The position numbers were made by a program, and so were the translations under genes. The notes under the pieces were generated by a model. The model saw nothing but the letters and a program-made list of their open reading frames with translations. It ran no database searches and was not told where the DNA came from. A stretch of DNA of 64,000 nt, taken from positions 4,278,001 to 4,342,000 of the forward strand of contig JAYWIR010000014.1 in NCBI GenBank assembly GCA_036172245.1. The letters run 5' to 3'. Below are positions 50,094 to 64,000 of the stretch, in pieces (the first letter of the stretch is position 1; the number at the start of each line of letters is the position of its first letter). This stretch comes from Raillietiella orientalis. Taxonomy: Eukaryota.

Positions 50094-53000
50094 AACTGCC
50101 ATTCCCGAAGATTGGAAACTTCTTTCTCTTTTTTTTGGGGGGGGGGGGGGGGGGGAGAGGGGGGTCCGTACGCAATTAGGCAACAGTGATCCATGCAAAC
50201 CTTGAAAAGGCAATCTGTGGCAGGAGCTCGTAAGTGTGTTCAGCTGGAGCTTCCCAGCGATCGCATGTACAGATGACAACTTCCGAAGGTGGTGAGCTGC
50301 AGCGTCTCCGAACCAAAGGTGGGGCACGTTCACGTCACATCCGCTGAACGGAACGCTCGAGGCGCGCGAACGCTTTTGCGGCCACCGGTCGGAGCCACCC
50401 GCTCTTCCGGGTAGGAAGGGTTCCCGTGTTGCGCCAATCTGACGCACGCTCGCCTTTTTGCACGAACCCCCGCTGGGTTAATCCCGACTAACAAACGGGA
50501 AAAGAATTTCTCGCGCGTGCGTAGGAGCAAGCCAAATCTGCCCAGCCTATTCCTCACGTTTTCACTTTGCAAATTGGAAATCTGGGGGGATCTGATCGCA
50601 GGCAAAAAAAAAAAAAAAAACTACAGCAAATCTAAAAAACGCAAAAAAAAAATGGTCGTTCGGGCAAGCTGCCCGCTGTCTGCAGATCAAAACAAACGGT
50701 GCCTAAATTCCTGGGGACCCCGTGATGTGGCTCGCGTGCGCGCGCGCTCGATTCGAACCGTCCCGCGACGGTCATCGTCAATTTGCACGCGGTCCTTCTG
50801 GTTCAGAAACGCTCGCCACTCCGGCGAGTGCGGCCCTCCTTGCTCTCCGGTTTCGAGAACTCAGAGCTCCTCGAGAAAAACGATTCCCCTGACTCAGATG
50901 GGAGAGGGGAGGAAGGCGTCCTCCTTCCCTCCTCGGGTCACGTGGCCGTTGCATAAAAGTGCAGCGGGCCCCCGGTTCGGGAGGGGGAGGGGGAAGGGTG
51001 CACGTGACGGTTCGATCCGCCGCGAATCGCCGCTGGCACCGGGGACGACGGGCGGATTCGGAGGGAAACGAGCAGAAGGGCGAACCGGACTGCAGAGACC
51101 ATCACTGTTTTCAACCAGCGATTATCACGCCTCAGAGGGCCTTCTCAGCTATAATATTGCCCGTGCGCAAAGCGTTCGTAAGACAACCGAATGGCGAAAG
51201 AGATGGAGAAAGAGCTGCGGAAGGTGGCGACTCCGAGGTCTTCCCCAGGCAGGTTCCTAGGAAAGACCTAGCAAAGACTGGGAAGTCCTGGGAAAGACTC
51301 CGCATACTGTCCGGCTCAACCTGCCCCCACCGGGCAGCCGAGAACCCGGCAGGGACCGGAGGCGGGCAAAGACCGTCCCGAGCCCTCGAAAGGAAATCCC
51401 GCGCGCAACGACGCCGAAAGCCGGGGCGAGCTGGAGATCCGGATCAACCGCAGGTGCCACCGGCCCGGTGCGAAAGGAGGGGGAGGGGGACAGCCGCCGC
51501 TGCGGGATGCGGCTCTCCAAACGCAGAGGGCTGGCCCCGGAAAGGCCGCGGGAGCTCCGCGCTACTTGCCCGACCACCTCGTCGGAACGCAGCGCGCCCG
51601 GCGTACTCGTCGCCGCCCCCTCGAGGGAGGACGACAGGAAGTGACAAACTGTTCCGCGAGAGGGGAGCAGCTCCGGCGACCGGCAGCCGGTTCGCCCGCG
51701 GATCCTCGGGAGCAGCAGAGGCTGCCTGGCAGAGGCGAGGTCAGGATTCCTCTTGATCCTACCCGTTGCCGGGAGATGGAGGTGCACAGGAGGACGAAGA
51801 GGGAGGTCGCCAAGCGAGGATGAGGATGAGGATAAGGACTGTGGACGAATGGTCTCCGCGAGAGGTTCCCTGGAGCTTGGCGACCAGCAACGGGAGAACT
51901 TCCCACCCGCCCCTTCGCCGCCCCTCTCCTCAGGTGCAGGGAAGAGCAACCAACCAGCGTGCGACAAGGGAAATCCGGGGTGGCCCCCGGGAAAAGGGAA
52001 TGCGAAGCCTCCACCCCACCCACCTTCACCTCACCTGCGCCCGAATACGACTCCCCTGCCGGGACCCAGGGTCGGTGAGACGTCGACCCCTCCCCCCCGG
52101 CTCGCCCGTCCCGCGAGAAAAAAGCGCGTGCCCTACGCTGCGAGGGAAGGGAAGAACCGGATCCCCCTATCCCTTTGCACTCTGGCAAAGGGGACAAAAA
52201 GGAAGGCTCCACCCGAGGGGGTGGAGCATCCCTTTTTTTCCACCTCCCTTCCGCTCTGATCGCCAGCAGCGACCCGACGCCCAGGGCATCCGGGGCGTGG
52301 CCGAGCCTCGCGCGGCCGGGGTTCGTGTGGACCACGGGAGGTCGCACGAGCCCAACGGTTCGAAGCGCGCGTGACCGGCCCCTCCCCCACCGACCTCCGG
52401 GAAAGGCGAAAGGCTGGGTTGCAACCGTCACGAGCAAGTCCTCCGGGAAGCTCCGCCCGGGGGGAACCTCGGAAGAGTCGACGAGACCAACCCGACCGTG
52501 CGGGAGCCCGTGGCTGGGGTGCGGCTCCCCCTCCCCCTCCCTTCCTTCCTTCCCCTTGCGTTCCCGCCTCGCCGCCGTCTCCGGGGGAGGAGGCTCTGCG
52601 CGCGCGCAAGGAATCCGACGCGCCCAGGATAAGGAGGGAGTGAGGAGAGAGCGCAATAAGAATTCCGGGATCAAAGCCCCGCTCAAATCGCCGGAAAGCG
52701 GGGAGGCCGCCACCCCACCCACGCGCGCCCCCGCCGCCGCGCACGACGACGGCGGGACATCCGGCAACACAGAGCGCCACGGGCGCGCGCGGTCACAGTC
52801 GACTTCTCCTCCCCTCTTCCTCAGCACGCCCGCGAGCCCGACCCTGAAGCAAGTAACCACCTCTGACTGAAGGGCCCGGATACGCCGGTCCCCCGCGAGA
52901 GCGGCCGTCTCCGCAGCAACGGAGGAGCCGCCGCTCCGAGAGCTAGCGCCCTTCGGTCGAACGAGAAGGCCGCGATTCCCCGCCCGCGAGCTCCTCCGCT

Positions 53001-55487
53001 GCGGGCTCCTCGACCCGGAACGCTGCCCGGGGCAACGCCGCCGGACCGTGCCGGAAGGAGGAGGGCTGGACGACCCTTCCCAGGAGGCCTGGGTTTCCCT
53101 CCGGCTGAAGATAACGGCCTCGCGTTCGCGCGAGACCGCCCGGCCCTTGCTCGCCCCCGGGGCTCCCGAGGGCATCTGTCCGACTCATCCCACCGGCGGC
53201 AGCCTCGATTTGCCGGGTGAATGGCGGAGCCGCACAACAGCAGCGGCGGTGGGGTGACCCGTGGCCGGAGATAGGTAAGGGATGAGTGGGGAGGGGGAAT
53301 GGACCCCTGCAAGGCGACCCCGAGCGCGCGGCGAACTCCGCAGACTGGCGGGGCTCCATGGGAAACGCCGCGGGTGCGCAAAAACTCATTCGGGTAAACC
53401 GCGCGACCCTTCAGGAATGGCCTCCCGCTTCCTCCGCTGGACCTCCCGTGGCTTTGAAGGTCCAAGGCGGCAGACCCGGAGCAATTCGTGCCCTCTGAAG
53501 AGGAGGGGCTGGAAGCCTCGAACGCCGGTCCGGTGGTCCCCGCCTGAAACAGCTCTTGGCTTTTGCAGCAGCAGCGGCGACAGCAGCGGCTTCTCTCTGT
53601 TAGCGACCGTCACACCCGCTCGTGTGAAAGTGCCGCCATGCTGTGCCACGTGTGAAGCTTCCCTCCTTCTTCCCCCCCTCCCGAAGAAAAGCGTCTTCCT
53701 TCCCCCCCCTACGTGGCTGCCGCGATCCAGCGCGGCCACGCTTCTGGCAACTCCCCGAGCCCCCTATTTTTCGCACGTATAAGGAGAGAGATCGAAAATG
53801 GGGTTGGACGGACGGAAGGACCGCCACCTGGTCGTCGCAGACGCGAGGCGGTGGAAGGGGGAGGGGCCGAAAGGGGGGAAGCCTCTCTTCCAGGAATCCA
53901 GTCGAGACGAGACCACCACCGAGCGCCAGGCGGCTCCCGCCCATCCGCCCGTCTCCTTCTCCTCCTCGGAACGACCTCTGCACATCTCTGGGACCTCGTG
54001 GCTTGCGGGCACAATGTGCCTCGCCGCGCGTCCTCGAGTGCCTCACGCAACAGCAACACGCCCTTGGGGCAGAGGGCGGCCAGAATCCACAACGGTACGC
54101 GAAGAGGAGCGGGAGAACGCCGATCGCGAAAGGACTCTTCGCGCCTGCCCTCAATGCAGGTCACCCGATTGGTCGCCAGAACGGAGAGGGAACGCGATCT
54201 CGAGCTTCCTCTCCAGCTGCCCCCCCTCCACCTCCCTCTCAACTCGTCTCTCTGCGAACCCTTCCCTTCTGAGGGGAGGAAAAGGGGAGGATGCGCTCCG
54301 CAGCCCATCGTGCTGCCGGACCCCATTGGGAAGGCCGTCCCCTCTTCCTCAAACCGGACGCATCGGAGCAGCGCGACCGCGTTCTTCCTGCCTTTTGACC
54401 CCAGGGCGTCCGTCGCGCAAAGCAGGGACGGCCACGTCCCTTAGCTTCCCTCTCCCCCCCCCCTCTCCCCCATCCGAAATCAGAGTGCCATGAATTCCGG
54501 AAAGCAGTGCCCACCCGGGAAATCTTGGAAGCCGTCTTGGGGGCCGAAGGAGAGTTCCCCCTCGCAACGCTGGGGGAGGCGGTGGCTTTCGATTTCGTCG
54601 CCCGCCCCTCCCTTCGGACTTGTCCCTTGGGTCCGTGCGGGAAGCGGCTTTTCCCGGGGTCGTCTCCCGAGAGTGAATGCGCGTTTCAAGCTGTGGAGGT
54701 CCCCGGCCAGACGGGAGGCATATGGCAGCTTCCGAGCAGCAACATCCCTCCCGGGATGCTGACTGAGAGCTCGCTGACCAGGAAAAGGGGACTCTGATGT
54801 GGCGAGAGTGGCAGGACAGAATTCGGGAGCTGCACGAGAGGGTCTCCGTGAGGGGGCACCCTCCTCGCAGGCTTCCGCTACGATCGCGAAACCGCCGTTC
54901 CGGCGCGCGTGACCCATGGGACCTGGCGGCGATGGTTAGTCCTCGCGCCGCTCCCCTCTTATGGAGACCAGCTTCTGCGCTCGACCTCCCGGCATACACG
55001 GCTGCTTTGATCCGCGCCCTCTCTGGGACGCGAAGCAAACCACGTAAACAGCAAGGATGCAGCGAGCCCCACCTTTCTCACTCCAACTGATCGGAAGATC
55101 CAAGAACCTGCAGCCCGGCCCACTCGGTGCAGTGTCGCCGAGAATTCGTGACCGTTTCTGAAGCAACCCGTTGTTGCGGCGTTTTTTTGCCCGTTCTCTT
55201 CCCCGGGAGTGGAAACGCATCTCGACCTTGACGCTGAGGCTTCGGAGAATTGAAATTTCGCTTCCCTGCTCCCGAAGCAGCAGCAACGACGACGGCAACC
55301 AAAAGGCACCTGCTTCTTCCTTGAATCCATCTCCGCCAGTGAGGTTGCGTGCGGAGGATACGACAAAATGGAAGAGAAGGAAGAAAAGATCCCTTAGAAC
55401 CACAGAGCCCTGCCACATGGTCCCATAAACACTACGGTCACCAGCATTCTCACTGTGCTCTCTCTTTTGCCCTTTTTTGTTTGCTTA

Positions 55488-55488
55488 T

Positions 55489-55532
<44 letters not shown>
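55488..55532. repeat. Compound (TG)n(AG)n microsatellite
   Basis: Direct read. Confidence 0.95.
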
Positions 55533-56847
55533 ACGGGTGTGTGTTTTTGCATGTGTTCCGAATGTGCCAAACACATTCTCTCCGATTCTTTTCTCGGCTA
55601 CCGCTGAAACTCTGCAGCTACCAAATCTAACAGCTCCTGATAATTATCGCTCTGTGTATACCTGTGCCTGTGTTGCAGCCTACAAAGAGGATCCTCATCC
55701 ATTACTCATGACAAGTCACCGATGAGGATGGTGCGTCAAGAAGTTTCTCATTTTGCGAACCATGAAAGTGGGAAGACGCGTGGATGCTGTCGCCCAAAAA
55801 CCAGCACTCGGATCTCAAACGTTCTTTGGCGCGGATAAGACCGCACGGCCAACTTTGGCACTCTATCTGTCCTTCCACGTGCACACATTCAATCCACATC
55901 TGAACGCGAGGGCGATGCACGAAAACACACAGATAATTCAGCAGAACCTGACGGTCATTGTATCCTGCTGCTGAAACAAACAGCCGGCTACACGTTTCGC
56001 ATCTGTACCCCTCTACCACTAAAGCAAGCAGATGCCCCAGTAGAGTGAGTTCCATACATTAAAGTCTACTGGAGATAATATGCGCACCTGGTGCGCGGAA
56101 TTCATACAGCAGGAAAAGAGGCTCGATGGAGAGGTGCTGCCAAACATTTTCGAGCGAGTTCCCACTTTTGAAGACGAGTCCTTCTAACCCCGCGCAGGGA
56201 AAAAGGATGCAGAAAAAGATGGCATGACTACTTCCAATGAAGAAAAGACCTTCTTGAATTTCCAGCAACCACATGCATCTTCCATCGTTGAAGAATGCAA
56301 AAAGACTTTGCAGGTTGCAATGTCCCATTCCGAATGCTCGCTCTTTTCTTACTGTGATCCCTGGGGAAAACACGCCAACCTTGACACGAAAACAGGCAAA
56401 GAATTAACGTCACAGAATGAAATCCACACTGGATAATCAATCATGAATAAAGAACCAGGAATCGGATGAGAACTGCTACACAATTTTCAAGGAATAACGC
56501 AGATGATGGACAAAGGTCACTGTCGAGCAGCAGCGCTAAGATTTTCTGAGCAACTGAGTCGGGAGCCTACAGAACAAAACTAAAATGCGGCCCCACTTTG
56601 AGCGGATCTCAAGATACTTTCTAGAATCCTTTTAAAAAACACTTAGAGGTGTTTTATCACCACCATTCTGTCCCGATATTTGTACTAAAAGTTTCCGGGT
56701 CAGACAAGAAGACACTGCAGACAGACTGTCTGTGGTTGTCGTTATTAGTTTTCAAACCGAATTTCTTTTCGTGAGCAAATTCCTATTCCATTGCTTTCTC
56801 CCGCATTTTCCCTCTCGGCTCCCAACCTGTAAGCGACTGACCGCATC

Positions 56848-56879
<32 letters not shown>

Positions 56880-59800
56880 GAAAAAAGAGAAAAAAAACGT
56901 GATCCGTCTCGATCAATCAGTAGAGGTTTTCGAAAAAAACTTTTCGATTCTTTCGAAAAAACTTTCTGGAAACGAATCGAGCCATAGCATTGACCCCGTG
57001 AAATACAAATAAACGATGCCACAGGACTCCGTTCCCGTTGCACACTGCGTCTGGTTTGAATATTCCTTGCTACGTTATGCAGAGGACTTTTTTTTGAAGT
57101 GTGCATTTCACAAGGCGCCGTGGCAAATCGCTGTAACCCGAAACACCGATGTGCCCACCGTGTTTCAATGTTAAGCAGGCATTTTTGTGAGTCATTTCGT
57201 AGAATGATTCTGGCATCCCTTCTTTCCACGGGAGCGAACTTTCCCGTAACACATAAGTTTAATAACGCAGATAACCGAAACGCCGGAGCAAAATCTCAGG
57301 AGGAAACCTATAGACCGACTTCCAAGTGTGCCTGGAAGAAGAATCCCGATCCTGGTGAACGGAACGGCTGCGTACATTCGAGAGAATGAGAAAACACTTA
57401 ACGACTAAAACAAATCCGTTTGAGAAGGGGAAATAGGAGGGGGGGGGGGGGGACAGCTCCAGCACGGAAGTACGCAGAACGGCTACTCGAAGCAGATAAC
57501 TGCTGCCACTAGCATCAGCTTCTCTAAGGCGGGGAGAACAAAATAACTTATCAACTGATCACAACGTAACGCATCCTTCATTCAGAATGCAAGGGTCCAA
57601 GATCCCCTGGTACCAACGGGGTCTGCACTTGGCTCATGGGGAAGCAAGGTGGACCAGAACGATCCAGAAATTCCAAGAAATGAGAAGAACGGTTGCGGAG
57701 GGAGCACATGGCAGCTTCCGTCTGCAATCATTTTTCTTTCCTCTGCCTTCGTGGAAGCGCAGCAGACGCTCGCGAGAGCACCACCCCTCCAAGTGTGCAA
57801 ACGTAACATGTGTTGGAGAGAACGAATAATTATAAGCAATCCGCAATTTCCGAGGAATGTAATTTCGGCGCGCTCGTTGCGGGAAAACGGTCTGAATTAC
57901 ACGGGTGTGTGTTTCCCACAGGAGACGGCGAAAAAGGTACGCTCCGGCACCTACGGGGCTGCAGGGAGCAGCTACGACGTCCGACCGTGGGCTGCCTCGC
58001 AACACGCGGAGAAGACGCCAGGAAACGGCTGATTCATGCCACGGTTCCGGCGAATCGAACGCCTATGATGAAACACTCGTGGCGGAAAGAAAGGGGAAAA
58101 GCGTTCACATTCTTTTTCATCTTTTGTTTTCCTCTTTTTTCAAAAAAAGAAAGAAAACATGCAAAACAGCAGGAGGCACGCTTGTCAGATGCTCTCTCAG
58201 CCGTGCGGACGCAGTTTAAGGAATGCATCTGAGAAGAAGCGTAGCAAAGGCACAGTATGGAACGCGGAAAGAGGTGACCACGTGCCACGAAACGTGTGCT
58301 GATGCAGCACTCTCGGACGTGCGCTGCAAGGAAGCTCAGGAAGCATGCACTCTGGCAGTCGTTCGACAGGAGGCTGGGAAAACAGGGAATCTTTGAACCC
58401 TGAGCGGATGAATGCTGCAGACCTACAACTACTCGACGGGGAAGGTTCAGTTTGGTTTCCCCGCCCGTGGGTGGCCCGATTCGACCTTTCGAAATGCCAA
58501 GAGGCGCCCGGTACATCTCCCCCCACGTGCAACACCCGCCGGCCGAAGCCGATCCGTACCCCAGCACCCACGCGAAAAGAACCCACTCACCTTTTTGTGG
58601 GCTTCGGCGGCCAGGCCGGACTTCGTGGCTCGGACGCTCGCCATGGTCTCCCACAAGCAGCTGCACTGGCGCCGCTCTATGCTGTGTCACCGCGCGGGTT
58701 GCCCGGAGAAATGCTGCTGCCTCACATATTGCCTAGCGGCAAACGACGAATAGCGTGAAAGGACTTTGGACTTACGACAGCAGCAGCGTGAGGCACGCGC
58801 AAGCGGCGGCACGGCAAACCATTCGCGCGCATCTTTTTTTTTTTCCTTTCTTTCTTTCTTTCCTCCCCCTTCCCCCCCCCTCTCTCTCTCCCTCCCTCCC
58901 CTCCCCTCCTCGCCTCCTCCCCGCCTTGTTCTCGCGTAATCTTTCTTCATCCTGCGCCGACCACGGCAAGGGAACACCTCGGAGACACCTCTGCGCAGGA
59001 ATGTTCTTGTGGCAATGGTTCCCGTTCGATCCCCCCCTCTCCATAATAGGGTGGGTCCTGCACAGGTACAGTCGGTCGCGCTTTCTTGGAATGCCGCGTT
59101 GCGTAAGCGGTGCTCAGAGAAAGGGGAGGAGGCCCGCGAGATGCACCTGCGTGACGACTGGGCGTAGCTCCGTTGCAGAGAACGAAGATAGCAGCGAATG
59201 GGGGGGAAGAGACAGAGTGGTGATGGGGGGGGGGGTGAGGAGAGGGACGGAAAGCCTACACAAGAAGCTCGAGCGTGGGTGTGCGTGTGCAGCCGCCTAC
59301 ATTCCTGCAGCGCCCGCCGCCCCGGACTGGAAGTCGCCATCTCCTCACCCTTCCCGCTGCCATATCAGGTGGCGCCCGGGGGAAGGGGGATGCAAGAGGC
59401 TGCGGCCGGGAGGGCAGCATCTTCCCCAGGATCTGCGCCGGGGCTCTCCGGCGAGACCCAGAGAGCACAGGAACGAATGCTCCTCCCCCTGCAGCGGGGA
59501 AGGAGGCCCACGTCGTTCCGCCGTCGCCGAGCAACCGGGGGCAGCAAGACCGTCCCCCCTCCTCTCCCTCCGTTTTCTCCGAACGAAGGGAAGGAAGCCT
59601 GGACCTCCGGGAGGAGCGACCTCGAAGGGCGGCTCGACACAGGCACGGAGGGGAGCAGCTTCCCATTGCGCGGCAACCCTCGCGAAAGGCGAGAAAAAAG
59701 GAACGGGGTGGGGGTGGGGAGCCGCTCTGGTGCCAGCCTCGGCCCGCAGAAGGAGGCGCCACCTCGTTTGCGTCCGTCTTACAGGTCGCCTCACCCCACC

Positions 59801-62800
59801 TTTGGTCCCCGCCGGCAGTGGCTGCGGTGCGGTCCGAGGACTGCGGGTGGGTCCGAGTCCGCAAGGGAGGCGGTAGCACGCGGCCCACCTTCTGAGCCGC
59901 AGAGAAGACCCGGGCGAGAGCGAGCTGGAGGAGGCGCATGCGGGTGGCGGGCATTGGGGAAGGATGACCTTCCCGGAACCTCCAGCGCGGCAGGCGAAAG
60001 TATCACGGAGACTCTCGTGCGGTCTCGGAGGCAAACGCAGAAGGGGGGGAGGGACCGTCGCCGTCTCCGGGGGGTCCGAAGAGACCCTGGAAGGTCCTGA
60101 TCGCAAGCAGAGTCGGGATCTGTCTGGGAGAACCGCCTGCGGAGAGTTTGCCCCTCCTACCCCGTGGGCAGCGCAGGGGTCCGGCACTTCTGTCCGTCTT
60201 GGTCGTGGAAGGCCTGAGGCCACGGAGGCAGCTCTCGCGACTTGCCAGCGATCCTTCCGCTTGTGCGTGGGAGGAGTAGCGGCGGGATCTCCGCGACCCA
60301 TTCCTTCCCTTCGTTTCCGCGCAAGCTGAGACGGCGCGCAGCAGCGGCAGGGCAGAAGGCGGAGAGCCCTCCGGCCTCCCGAAAACCTCCCCGCCAACGG
60401 GAACCCTCGGAGAGCAGGGGGGAGAAGGGAGGGGACTTTTCCGAGAAGGGACGAGTGGCTCCCTACGAGAGGACGGACGTGAGGAGAAACCTCCGGCCGG
60501 AGACTTGGCGGGTACTCCCGGGTCCCCGCAAAGTTCGGGTGGGGAGGGGGTGTGACCCCCGCCGGTCATCAAAGCTCCCCATGGGACCCCTGACTCAGGA
60601 GCGAACGCCCCGTGACGAGTGTGGGAGAGCAGCAGCCGAGGAATCGCCAGGTGGCCCGAGGGCTGCTCGCGGCGATGAGCGGCAGGAAACGAACAGCCGC
60701 CGACTTCCGCCAGATGGGGGGAGGGAGAAGTGTCTCCCCGGTGGTGGTAGCGGTGTCCACCTTCTTTCTACACCTTGCGCTTCTGGAAAACGCCATAAAC
60801 CCGGTGGTGTCCGCGGCGTCTCTATGGACCACTACGGAGCAAAGAACTTCATCAGATACAAGGGGGAGGAGGAAGGGGGGAGCCGAGAAAAGCGAGAGTC
60901 TTTGGACGCGTTGCAGCAGGGCGACGACAGAAAGGAAGGGAAACTCGAAAGGGGGTGGGGGGATCTGGACTTGTAAAAAAAAAACTGCGCGAGACGAACA
61001 AAACGTCCCGGTCAGTTCTCGTCGGGGGGACCTGCTCGCCTTTCCCCAGCTCGTCCTGACCTACGTTCCCGGTTTCCCCGGCTAAGCACACCTCGGACTG
61101 ACTCTGCGGCTCCTGAGTGTTTTCTCGAGGTGCTCGCATAACGTTTTTTTTTTTGTTCTTTTTTTTTTATTCCGGACTGCTCTCTGTGCACAGGCGCGCA
61201 CCTCCTCCACAGCGAGCGCACGAAAATCACTCCGGGCTACGGCTGGATGGCGTCCACTCCCAAGGATTCGGAGGGGAAACCGTAAATTTCAAGTCCAAAG
61301 TCTCCGCATCGAGAGACCAACGACAAGGGTGTTCGGATTAAGCAATTGTTTGTGCTTCTCTGCGTGAAACCAACCAGCTGGCTTGTTGAGTCGACAAAGC
61401 GTGAGAGAATCAACAGAGCTTCTGAGCAACAGTGCGATCTCGTTCGTGGAAAGATCTTCGGCACGTCCAGCATCCTCAGCTCTTGGATTCCACTTCCATG
61501 CTACTCCCGCTCTTATTTCATCTTCCATTGAATTTCTTTTAGGCAGTACACAAACCTTCGAGTAGCACGAAAAGTTTCAGGGTTACCAGTCCCTTATTCG
61601 CTTTTTCGAATTTTCCATTTTGAAACATTTGACTGCTTTCAAAACACCACCTGGTTCCGCAATTAGAAGGTTTAAAGAACCTGAATCTTGATATTGTGCA
61701 ACGGAGGGCAGCTTGCTGCTTTCAGCTTCACGATACTTGCTGCGTTGCTTCGTGTGTCCAAAACATAAGGAGACTCGCAAAACCTTTCGCTCCTGATGGT
61801 GTCATCTTGTTAAGGACGATCGGTGATGCGAAATTTTAGAAATGCATATTGCACTGTTTTCATCGGGGCATTTGGAAGCTAGAATGATCGCATACCCTCT
61901 GATGAAGATGTATCACCAAAATTCACATTTCATGAAATCCCTGATTAACATTCATGTAATTTTAATCAGAGGCTTGCATGAAAGCATGGCAGGAATCTCC
62001 CAGTGGTGTTTTTTACGTTAATAGTCCGCTGCTGATTGTAAAGCCACAGATAAAGATTTCAAATCACAGAATACAGAAGATACCCTACTTAGCAGTCTTG
62101 AGACACACGCGCAAAGAATAGCAAAGCAAAAGCATGCACTCGGTGAAAATGAAAACTTTGCTTTCCCGGGAACAGGACTGCTATGTGTTGATCTCCTGGA
62201 ACTGAACAGTTTCGATTCAGGAACCCAGGATCAACTTGCCCTTTAAAGAGCGCATTATTCAGATGAGGAAAGCAAAATCCACAAAACAAACTGCCGATAC
62301 TCATAATAGCATGCGAAAAAACCTTGAAATGTTGTTCAATTGAACGAACTACGTACATATCAATTCTTGTGAAACCGTTTCACACATGTTTTTTTTTTTT
62401 TTCGTTAAGCCTAACAGTCCTGTACGCAGCAGAATGAGAACGAATTCTGATCCGAATCATGCAATGGGGATACCAAATTCTGTTTATGCAAAAAAGTTGC
62501 GACTCCGCAATAAGCGCCACACAAATAGGACGACTTTCATTCCCGAATACTGAAAACAAGAAACAAAACAATCGGGAAAACGTGCAGCATTCCGCAAATT
62601 ATTGCCTAAAGGGAACTTGCTTTTTTTTAAAGAAAAAACAAAAGAAAAACTGTGCTGATTCTATACTCTTGTGATTGATATCGAAGATAAGCAATCTGGA
62701 TTTTATTTTAAATATTCCATTCCTTCTGCCTTTTATGCCTCTCCTTATCAATGTTTTACAATGACAAGCAGCGCTTAGCTATTATAATTCCTTTAGCGCC

Positions 62801-64000
62801 TTTTCTGTGAGTCACCTAAAGATTTCATGTTCACTCTTTTTTAGCGAGGTACGATTCTATTTATTTGATGTGTTTTTTTTTTTGCTGAGGTGAATTCCAT
62901 TTTTAAAAGCAGTGCGGAGTCGCAGGCTAACTTTTCTTGAATGACAACTGTATTTTGATGTCAGTTTGCCTCTTACATTAAGTAATGCACTTATCGTGTC
63001 TCCCAATAGTATCATTGACTCATCAAAAATAAAAGAGCATCTTGGAATTCCAGCGCAATAAACGCTCAGGATTGGAAGATCTGCATCCAGCGAATCTACT
63101 CCGAGGGTATTACTTGGATTCTTCATACTTGGATTCAGAACTCGCAATAGAACTCACCTATTCCTCCAGACATATCTTGCAACTTTTGTGTCTGTTGCCG
63201 TGGATAGATACTGCAACAGATGGAAATTGTATGAATATCTATCGATCTTTGAAGCATCAAAATTTGCCATGTTTTATTGAATCAAAGGTAACGATGGAGC
63301 AGTTAATCATTGTGATAAACATTAGAACGGACGGAGATATAAGCACTGAAGTTGTAGCCCATGAGATTGTCATAAACCAAAATGATAAGAAACTCATTTG
63401 AGAGCTTCCTCTTTCACACTCATTTATGGAAGTAATTCTAGCATTTCTTAAAAGGACAGTATGACCGGCATTCCTTATATATAAGTGGGTTTTCAAGTAT
63501 GGATTTTTCGAAATCCATACTTTTCGAAATGGTGTGCATGAAGTCCTAATTACTACTTGTGAATTATTCCTGGTCATCATTTGAAGACTAATGTAACGTG
63601 CCCGTTTATTCCATAGGAACAAATGTGTCCCCACACATAAGTTTCTGACCACATGTTCTTCTAGCTTTTGATAAAAGTTTCCAAGAGTCGATCGTGAATA
63701 TTTTTCGAACCAGAGCACCGATTCATGTAATGCTTCGACCCCATCAAGGTCATGCTTCAACATAGTCTTCGAAAACTTGTATAAATTTCAATCTTGATCT
63801 TTGTACGCATTGTTTCTGAGTTGATGATTGAGACCTAATTATAAAAACCATTGTAGTATGTCATACCAAGGTGTTGAAACCGGAGATTTAGATGTTTTTG
63901 CTACCTTAAAGACCTGCAGACATTCTCCTGCCTTTGACGATCCTAGAGACCTTCCAGTTAGTTAGTTTGAGCTTCCTCAAATGTTTTTTCCCAATCCCTG

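Noticed and set aside
51562..53175. Longest ORF in the track (537 aa) and similar long ORFs such as 763..2172 and 58755..59876
   Set aside because: Low-complexity R/G/P/S/A translations overlapping in several frames of GC-rich DNA, with no motifs. Expected from stop-codon scarcity.
59041..59050. CArG box CCATAATAGG upstream of the transgelin gene (another, CCAAATATGG, at 8417-8426)
   Set aside because: Several CC(A/T)6GG matches are expected by chance in 64 kb, and the promoter position is unknown.
61289..64000. Minus-strand multi-exon gene (ORFs 63257..63763, 62089..62358, 61289..61528)
   Set aside because: No recognisable domain and no frame-consistent exon chain. Cannot be supported without transcript data.

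Overview
Eukaryotic, metazoan DNA. The Chd64-type transgelin and an AT-rich mitochondrial 12S insert suggest an ecdysozoan, possibly an arthropod (inference). The window has three zones. (1) About 1-33.4 kb is a GC-rich graveyard of retroelements: seven decayed Tx1/L1-clade LINE copies, a ~0.8-kb tRNA-headed SINE family, probable DIRS-like relics, a mitochondrial 12S NUMT and a U2 snRNA 5' fragment. (2) About 33.4-50 kb is AT-richer and gene-bearing: a complete THADA gene with 15 introns of 40-97 nt, a Chd64/transgelin gene whose large intron holds an antisense collagen-like (Gly-X-Y)8 stretch, and a possible small orphan gene head-to-head with THADA. (3) About 50-64 kb has CpG-rich blocks and no gene I can identify. 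The best candidate for an undescribed system is a Tx1-clade LINE that seems to insert site-specifically, antisense, into one position of the tRNA-derived SINE. Five LINE 3' junctions fall at or next to the same ACCAGTGC-like site, one has a perfect 8-bp target duplication, and an empty target copy is present. Repeat boundaries were aligned by eye and are approximate.
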